A stretch of 64,000 bases of DNA from contig OZ245033.1 in the NCBI GenBank assembly GCA_965224025.1, positions 3,552,001 to 3,616,000 on the forward strand. Direction: 5' to 3'. Position 1 is the first letter of the stretch; the number at the start of each line of letters is the position of its first letter. The stretch is from Candidatus Multivorans sp. (GTDB lineage Bacteria; Acidobacteriota; Thermoanaerobaculia; Multivoradales; Multivoraceae). Position numbers and translations under genes: made by a program. The notes under the pieces are model-generated. The model was not told the DNA's origin and made no database searches. It was given only the letters and a program-made list of their open reading frames with translations. Below, in pieces: positions 57,563 through 64,000 of this stretch.

Positions 57563-59707
57563 CTAGAACAGGGGTTCTTGGGTCGCCACGTCGGTCCCGT
57601 TGGTCCGTTCTCGCGCAGGGAGCCTTGAGGGGCTCGGTGCGGCCGCCAGCGCCTCTAGAGCGGCTTCGACGTCATCGCTGAGAACGTCCATTTCCTCCGA
57701 CGATGTGATCGTCGTGAGGAGTTGGCCAAAGAGCACGATCTTCCGATCGTTGCGCGAGAGGGTGAAACCCGCATCAGCCAGCCGGAGCAGCTTTCGCTCT
57801 GCTACCTTGATCGCCACTTGGCGGCTGAAACTGCTCTCGGAGGCGGCGCCAACCTTACGGCACACCGTCGCTATGTCGAGCTGAATGGGTTCTTTCGCTT
57901 GCGCCTTCGGTGTCGCCACCGACATTTCAGCCTTCAACGGGTGGGCGTTTACGACTTGGAATCCGGCACTCAAGATCGCTTCGGCCAGCGCCGCCCACCC
58001 GGCATTTCGTGAATGGTGATATGTGAACACGAGTAGACCGTCATGCCTGAGCACGCGATGAGCCTCCCGGAACACCCCTGTGAGCTTCTCTGCGAACCGG
58101 TCAGCGTCGACATCCTGGACTTCACCCTTCGCCCGTGTCGATGACACCCCCTCGACAAAGCCACGCGGCGTTAGCTGCTGCCACGCAAAGAAGAAATCAG
58201 CCAACTCAGAGTAGTGAACGTTGTCGAAAAAGGGTGGATCAGTGAGAACTAGGTCGACGCTCTCCGGGGCCAAGTCTGTAAACGCCGAATCGCCGCAGGA
58301 GAGGTACAGGGAGCGCGGCGTGTAAGCTCCGTCATGCCGCCACGGCTTTATTGCGCCAGTGAATGGCCGCGAGCACACCACCGAACGCTTCCCGTTCGTT
58401 GCGCTCTTGAGCTCAGTTGGTGCCTTGTGATACTTAGCCGCACGCAGAAGCCGGCTACGGAAAAGACTCGCGAAAGATCCCGAACTCTTCGGTGTGCCCC
58501 AGAGATTCGCCTCAATGGGAGTGCGCTCCGGCTTCAAGATGTGGTGGGCGAACATGTGTCGAACCGCGCCGGTGCCTTCGCCCTTGTATGAGGCGAACAT
58601 GTTGTTGAACTCTAGTACGCCGGAGAAGAGGGTCAAGAATGCGTCGCGTCCCTTCTCCACAGGCAGGGCGGCGATGGCCTCGTGCAATCACCCTAAGGCG
58701 AGGAGCTGCCTCACGTTGAAGAAGTCGCGCCACTCCCGGAAACCGTAAGCCATCGCCTGCCGCGTGTTGTGGCCAGTCTGCAGCGCAAGTGTCGGAAGCC
58801 TGAAGCTCTCGCGTTCAAGTTCGCGCAGCAAGAGCTGCCGGCAGGCACCAAAGGCATAGTGATCATCCGTCGTCGCTGGCAGATACTCCTTTCGACCATC
58901 CTTGGTCAGTACAAGCTTGCCATACAGACGATAGCGCGGCGGCTTACCGCCTCTCAACGAAGCCGGCCGCACAGCGAAGCTCTCACCACAACTCCGGCGG
59001 GACGCCTTCGAGCCCCGCGCGATCCCTTCCCTCGGGTCAAAACGCAGCGCACATGACGGACACGTAGCCTCCTTGTCCGTGTAGAGCCCGGTGAACCAAG
59101 AGTCGCACCTAGGGCAGAGCACCTGAACTGCAGGCTTGCGCTTCGGATAGGCGTTGCGCGCCCGCATCCACGAGGAGAACAGGTCCACCGAGTTCCTACA
59201 GACTGGGCAGGCGGCTTGCATCACCCAGAAGAAGTAGAGAACCGTCGCCGGCCGGCCGCACAAGTCACGGGTCTCGTAGAGGCGCAGAATCCGTGCACCC
59301 ACATCCCGGCTAAGTGCCCTAAACGTCTCCTCAAGTACGTCGCTCTGCAAGCTCCCCAAAGCCACTCTTACGGCTTCTACCGCCACTGGATTGATGTCGC
59401 GGCCCAGCGCCGCGAGGCCGAGCTTGTGTGCCTCTCCCAACGTGGTACCGGAACCCATGAAGGGGTCGAACACGGTAATACCGGCGTAGTCCTGCGGCTC
59501 GTGGAACGCGTGCGTGAGGTCGTCATCCTCTCCGAGAATGCAGCCTAGCGTGATTCCCCGAAAGACGGATCCGAGACGCTTGGCCCACCACTTGTGGATG
59601 TGGTAGATCGGCCGGTGCACTTCCTTGCGCCAACTCTCGCGCCTCGCCAGCGCCGACAGGAACTCAAACGGGAAATGGTCGGTCTCGATCAGGCGGCGGC
59701 CAAGCAT
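57563..59707 (-). pseudogene. DUF1156-like Zn-ribbon adenine DNA methyltransferase with an in-frame TGA
   Basis: IHKWWAKR, FDPFMGSGTT (motif I), several CxxC, TDPPFFDN (motif IV); two abutting same-frame ORFs separated only by TGA at 58688-58690. Confidence 0.88.
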
Positions 59708-59708
59708 C

Positions 59709-60461
59709 TCAGCGCGCCTCCTCATTCATCGTCACAGTCGAACCTGGCGGGCCTAGGCGCCAAGCGCGGAATCGGTGTTCCCGACCGGCATGCGGGTTCG
59801 TCACTCGATCTACGATGAGGTCGTTCGTGCGCAGGTCGAAGGCGTACGCCGCTACGAGTTCCGCAGCCTCGCTCCGAACCAACTCGCCAACTTCAACGAA
59901 CCGCTCCCCTGGCTCCTGCCCTTCCGGCAGAATCAGTGTGCGATGGTGCGCGAGACCATCCGCAAGTCGAAACGGCGTCGGGACCACATACATCTTCCGA
60001 TCGCGGATCATTAGGTCGCCGTAGGTCCCAAAGCCCCTCACGCTCTTATTCTTGTGTATGTAGTCATGGTCGGCGTTCAAGAAGTCGCCGTGAACGAAGA
60101 CCAAGTCCAGCACCGGATAGACGCTGCCGTCCGGATGCTTGGGATAGCGGCCGAACACGTAGTAGATTGCTCGACCGTTGTGGAATCCTGTCGGAACCTG
60201 GCTTTTGCTGTCGAAAGTAGCGTGTCGGCCCGGATACGCCAGCCCCTTCAGCTCGTAGCCCTCCGTGAATCGCACCAGCCGAAAGTCGGGATAGCTGTTC
60301 CGGCCGCCCTGTTCAAAGTTGAGCCCCGTTTCGCGAAGGCGCTCCTTGAACCAGTTCTGGAAGTGGAATTCCTTGTCGCTCAGACTCTCGCGCACGATCA
60401 GAGACCCACCTTCGATCGCCTTGACGCATTGCCGGAAGATGTTTGGGGCTTGCAGCGCCAT
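59709..60461 (-). CDS. Putative PD-(D/E)XK type II-like restriction endonuclease
   Basis: SYPDFRL...GYELK motif; directly upstream of the methylase gene on the same strand. Confidence 0.7.
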   Translation of the reverse strand: MALQAPNIFRQCVKAIEGGSLIVRESLSDKEFHFQNWFKERLRETGLNFEQGGRNSYPDFRLVRFTEGYELKGLAYPGRHATFDSKSQVPTGFHNGRAIYYVFGRYPKHPDGSVYPVLDLVFVHGDFLNADHDYIHKNKSVRGFGTYGDLMIRDRKMYVVPTPFRLADGLAHHRTLILPEGQEPGERFVEVGELVRSEAAELVAAYAFDLRTNDLIVDRVTNPHAGREHRFRAWRLGPPGSTVTMNEEAR

Positions 60462-60581
60462 CACCGCCTCTCAACCGGATTCGACTGTACCAAGGTCTGC
60501 GGGGGCCAGACGAGACGAGCCGACGGTTCTCCTAACTGTCCATGTCCATCATGAGGCTCCGTGCCCTATTGTGTGCCTCGT

Positions 60582-60610
60582 TGGCCCCTCATGGTGGCCC
60601 CTCATGGTGG
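60582..60610. repeat. 13-bp tandem direct repeat
   Basis: TGGCCCCTCATGG twice plus TGG, upstream of the nuclease-methylase operon. Confidence 0.6.
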
Positions 60611-60939
60611 AACGCTACAGCATCGCCGGTACGCGGTCCACAGACAGCGAGGGATTTCGGCGGTTCCTCTAGTCCAAGTCAGTGGCGGAGTGTAGCCGCC
60701 CGGTTCGAGCTCGTGAGACTCACACGGCCCTGCGGGGATGCGGAAGTCCCATCGGGAGGTCTCTTGGGGAGTCTGGTCGTTCAATGCACATGAGCGTCAT
60801 GACGCATACGAGCGCTCCCCAGGACGGCTTCCGACCGCCGAGCGGGGCCCCGCAGTCCACAGCGTGAGGTCGAATCCGTCTAAGTCCTTGATGCCTCCGT
60901 TGCAGCGGGAGTATCGTCCCATAGGAAGAAGGGCGTGAC

Positions 60940-61275
60940 GTGAGCAGCCAGTCGCTTCAGGAAGCTAGCCGGGCTCTCCGCCGGGAACTTCCCCACATCA
61001 GGGCAGCGGTGCACCGCATCGTCCATGAGGTCTTCCCCGGCCTGCGGTTCACGAACATCTGGGTGCAGCCCGCCAGATCCTGGTACGGCGACGAGGTCGT
61101 CGACGTCTGGGCGATCTACGAGGGTGACGTTGAGGCTCAGGAACAAGCCGAGGGCCTGATCTCGTTCCGAAGAAGGGTCCGCGACCTGCTCTGGGACCAG
61201 GATCTGGAGGCAACACCCAGCATCCACATGGTCACGCAGTCCGATGCGGGAGATTGGCGCCCTGAAGGCCTCTGA
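60940..61275 (+). CDS. Hypothetical protein, probable partner/antitoxin of the downstream HEPN gene
   Basis: 111 aa alpha/beta ORF overlapping the HEPN gene start; no canonical GSX10DXD. Confidence 0.65.
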   Translation: MSSQSLQEASRALRRELPHIRAAVHRIVHEVFPGLRFTNIWVQPARSWYGDEVVDVWAIYEGDVEAQEQAEGLISFRRRVRDLLWDQDLEATPSIHMVTQSDAGDWRPEGL

Positions 61276-61725
61276 TCTTCTCGTCTCCGCCGGGCAGCAG
61301 CTCCCCTCCGGCCGCGGGCGGCCGCTGCGAACTCATCTTCGCCGTGCTGTGAGCACGGTCTACTACGCCCTCTTCCACTGTTTGGCGCAGTGCTGTGCAG
61401 ACACTCTGGTTGGGAAGACGCTCGAAGGACTCGTGCCTGGAATCTGGCCTACAGGTCGCTGTCTCACGGCCGAGCTCGTGAGGCATGCAGCCAGAAGCAC
61501 CTGGTCCGAAGCTTCCCCCGGGAGATTCAGGACTTCGCCGATCTCCTTGTTGACCTCCAGAAGGAACGCCACACGGCCGACTACGATCCGGCTCAGTTCT
61601 TCTTCAAGTCCAATGTCGAAGGCCACCTACGGAGCGCCCAAGCTACCGTCGAGCGATTCGAAAAAGCCGACATCCGAGACCGACGTGCGTTCGCGGCACA
61701 CGTCCTGTTCAAGGAACGGCCGTAG
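61244..61725 (+). pseudogene. HEPN domain protein, frameshifted
   Basis: LRRAVSTVYYALFH in one frame; AYRSLSHG..LQKERHTADYDP in another; shift at GGGAA near 61412. Confidence 0.82.
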
Positions 61726-61861
61726 CTGAACCCTCACTCAACTTCCGATAGTCATTGCCACCAACAAGGGCCGCCCGGACGCCACCCCGACACCCTCCGG
61801 TCTCCGGGAGGGCGGGTGAGCCCGACTCCGGTCCGCGCACCGCCGCGCAGCAGCGCAGGCG

Positions 61862-64000
61862 CTAGCTGTCGTTGGCGAGTTTGCGAAAGTACTCGTCGAC
61901 GAGTTCGCGGTAGCCGGCGGGAACTTGGTCGGAGTTGCCGAGGTAGACGCGTTCGGTGTCGGCGCCGCGCAGATCGCGCCACAGGCGGTACTCGAACTGC
62001 CGGAGCCCTTCGACGATGTCGCGGCGGAGGGACTCGAGGGCGAGGGGATCCCGGTTGAGCCCGAGCAGGTTCAGATCGCCCATCCGGCGCAGCACCTGAT
62101 CCAGGTCGGAGGTGTCCATCCGCTCGCGCCGGAGTTCGCCTCTCAAGGCCTCGAGGTCCTGCTGCCGCTGCTGCAACTCGCGATCGAACTGGCGCAGGTC
62201 CTCGGCGGTGAAGATGCCGGGCTGATAGTAGCCGCCGGAACTCGATCCGTACTGGTTGGCACGACCCCAGTCCCTGGCGCCGCCTTGCTGGTTGCGAGCG
62301 CCACCGCGCTCTGAAGCCTCGCCCGGTTGGCCACCCTCCTGGTTGCCGCCCCGCTGGTCGCCACCCTGTTGCTCGCCGCCCTGCTGCTGGCCACCTTGTT
62401 GGTCGCCACCCTGCTGCTCGCCGCCCTCCTGCCGGCCCTCCTGTTCGCCCCGCTGGCCGGGACGCTGGCCGAGCCTGGCGCCGGCCTCGGCCCGGTCGCG
62501 CAGACGGGCCTCGAATGAAGACAGGTTCTCGACCAGGTCGCGAGTCCGCTCAAGCATGTCATCCTGGCGCTGGCCTCCCCCTTCGCCGACGCTCTCCCGC
62601 GCTTCGGCGATCCGCTCCGCCACTTCGTCGATGTCTTGGCGGATCTGACCCTCGAACAGGCGCGCGAACTCCGCGTCACGGCCGGCCAGCACACCCTTCG
62701 AGTAGCGGATCTTTTCCTTCAACTGCTCGTCCCGGATCACCTCGGCCGAGGCCTGCAGCTTGCGCGCCGCCTCCGGCTGCTCGTCGCGGGCGCTTCTCGT
62801 CATCCGGTTGAGCTGGGCTTCCAGGCCGCCCACCTCATCGGTCAGGCGATCCTTGCGCTCCATGATCCGCTCGATGAACTCCGAACGTTCCCGCGCCGTG
62901 AGATCGCTCCGGCGCCGGCCGCCTTCGCCCTCCTGACCCGCCAGCTCTTCAACCTGCTCCTCGATCCGGCTCTGCATCTGCGATACGCGCTCGGCGCGCT
63001 GCTGCAGTTCCTCCATTTCCCGGCCGAGTTGCCGGCGGCGGTTGCGGTCCAGCAGCCGGCGCGCGTCGCGCAGCTTGTCCAGGGCCGCGATCCCCTGCGC
63101 CCCGGCACTCGACCGGGAACCGGAGGCGCCGGCCTGTGAGCGCTTCATCTGCTCGACCGCCTCCCGCAACGCCTGGGTCGTCTGCTGGAGTTCCGCACGC
63201 TGCTGCTCGCGCGCCAACCGTTCCAGCCGCCTCGCCAACTCCTCGGTTTCGTCGATCAGTTGCTGCTGACTGCCGCCGCCGCCGCCGCCCTGCTGCTGGC
63301 GACCCCGCAACCGGTTCTGGCGCTCGTTCTCACGCTGCTGGCGGCGGGCCAGCTCGCGCAACTTCTGCATCAGTTCGTCGATCTCGGCCTGCGCCTGCTC
63401 GGCGGCGCCCCGCTGCACCGTCTCGTACTGGTTGCGCAGCTTGTCGAGTTCCAGCTCGAACAGATCCGCGAGGTCCTCCGATAGCTGCTGGTTGCCGCCG
63501 CCACCGCCGCCGCCCTGCTGGAACGAGATCGTCAGTTCGCGGAATGCGGATTCCGCCCGCTGCAGCGACGCCAGGGCCTGCTTCTCCACCGTCATCGCCT
63601 CATCAGGCCGCTCCGCCTCGAGTTCCCGCTGGGCGGCCGCCATCTCCGTGCCGGCCTGCTGAAGGAATTCGATGATCTGGGAGAACTCCTCGTCCTCGAG
63701 CAACTGCTGGCCGCGGTTCCCCATCCGCGTGATCAGCGAGCCGACCTGGTCCCGCAGGCGTCCCTGCATCAGGGCGATCGTGGTCAGGTTCTCGGACATC
63801 TCCTTGCCGGAGTACTCCTCCGCGTCCCTGACCAGCCGGAAGGTGGCCGAGATGATCATCTTCTGCTGCACCGACAGCGTGTTGTCGAAACCGCCGTCGC
63901 CACCCATGCCGCCGCCGCCCTGCTCGGCCTGCCTGTAGTTCCGATCGAAGGGCCTGATCTCCAGGAAGTAGATGTCGCTGATCACGGGCTTCGAGCGCCC
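61862..64000 (-). CDS. Large Gln/Gly-rich coiled-coil protein (DUF4175-like), C-terminal part; gene runs off the window
   Basis: SDIYFLEIRPF, LADLFELE, long heptads, terminal VPAGYRELVDEYFRKL. Confidence 0.8.
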   Translation of the reverse strand, partial: GRSKPVISDIYFLEIRPFDRNYRQAEQGGGGMGGDGGFDNTLSVQQKMIISATFRLVRDAEEYSGKEMSENLTTIALMQGRLRDQVGSLITRMGNRGQQLLEDEEFSQIIEFLQQAGTEMAAAQRELEAERPDEAMTVEKQALASLQRAESAFRELTISFQQGGGGGGGNQQLSEDLADLFELELDKLRNQYETVQRGAAEQAQAEIDELMQKLRELARRQQRENERQNRLRGRQQQGGGGGGSQQQLIDETEELARRLERLAREQQRAELQQTTQALREAVEQMKRSQAGASGSRSSAGAQGIAALDKLRDARRLLDRNRRRQLGREMEELQQRAERVSQMQSRIEEQVEELAGQEGEGGRRRSDLTARERSEFIERIMERKDRLTDEVGGLEAQLNRMTRSARDEQPEAARKLQASAEVIRDEQLKEKIRYSKGVLAGRDAEFARLFEGQIRQDIDEVAERIAEARESVGEGGGQRQDDMLERTRDLVENLSSFEARLRDRAEAGARLGQRPGQRGEQEGRQEGGEQQGGDQQGGQQQGGEQQGGDQRGGNQEGGQPGEASERGGARNQQGGARDWGRANQYGSSSGGYYQPGIFTAEDLRQFDRELQQRQQDLEALRGELRRERMDTSDLDQVLRRMGDLNLLGLNRDPLALESLRRDIVEGLRQFEYRLWRDLRGADTERVYLGNSDQVPAGYRELVDEYFRKLANDS

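Noticed and set aside
58688-58690. In-frame TGA as selenocysteine or an alternative genetic code
   Set aside because: Many intact genes here end in TGA; the context fits Trp (TGG to TGA) rather than a catalytic Cys; no convincing SECIS hairpin
53661-60461. Calling the island a Thoeris, BREX or DISARM system
   Set aside because: No ThsA/SIR2 effector, PglZ, ATPase or helicase partners are present in the window

Overview
A high-GC bacterial chromosome segment, mostly housekeeping and lipid/acyl-CoA catabolic genes: three LLM oxidoreductases, two CaiB CoA-transferases, an acyl-CoA ligase, two acyl-CoA dehydrogenase pairs, recQ, prfC, rnhA, clpS-clpA, ggt and chaC-gshB-gor. The gene content resembles Acidobacteriota, but that is inference only. 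A REP-like palindrome family is scattered through the window. The main accessory region is a visibly less GC-rich defence island at about 53.6-61.8 kb. There a 2,706-bp IS1595-family element (54492-57197; 24-bp imperfect terminal inverted repeats; 8-bp target duplication ATCCGGAG) has split a TIR-domain gene. The element carries a methyltransferase-Mrr-like nuclease passenger gene that is frameshifted at a G8 tract, a candidate phase-variable mobile restriction-modification switch. Next to it are a PD-(D/E)XK nuclease, a DUF1156-like methylase with an in-frame TGA, and a frameshifted HEPN gene pair. Other oddities are a CHAT domain lacking its catalytic dyad, a tandem RNase HI with a degenerate second domain, three dispersed DUF1640-like microproteins and a decayed TonB-receptor gene. 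I recognised no rRNA, tRNA or CRISPR array. All calls come from motif recognition by eye, and no searches were run.
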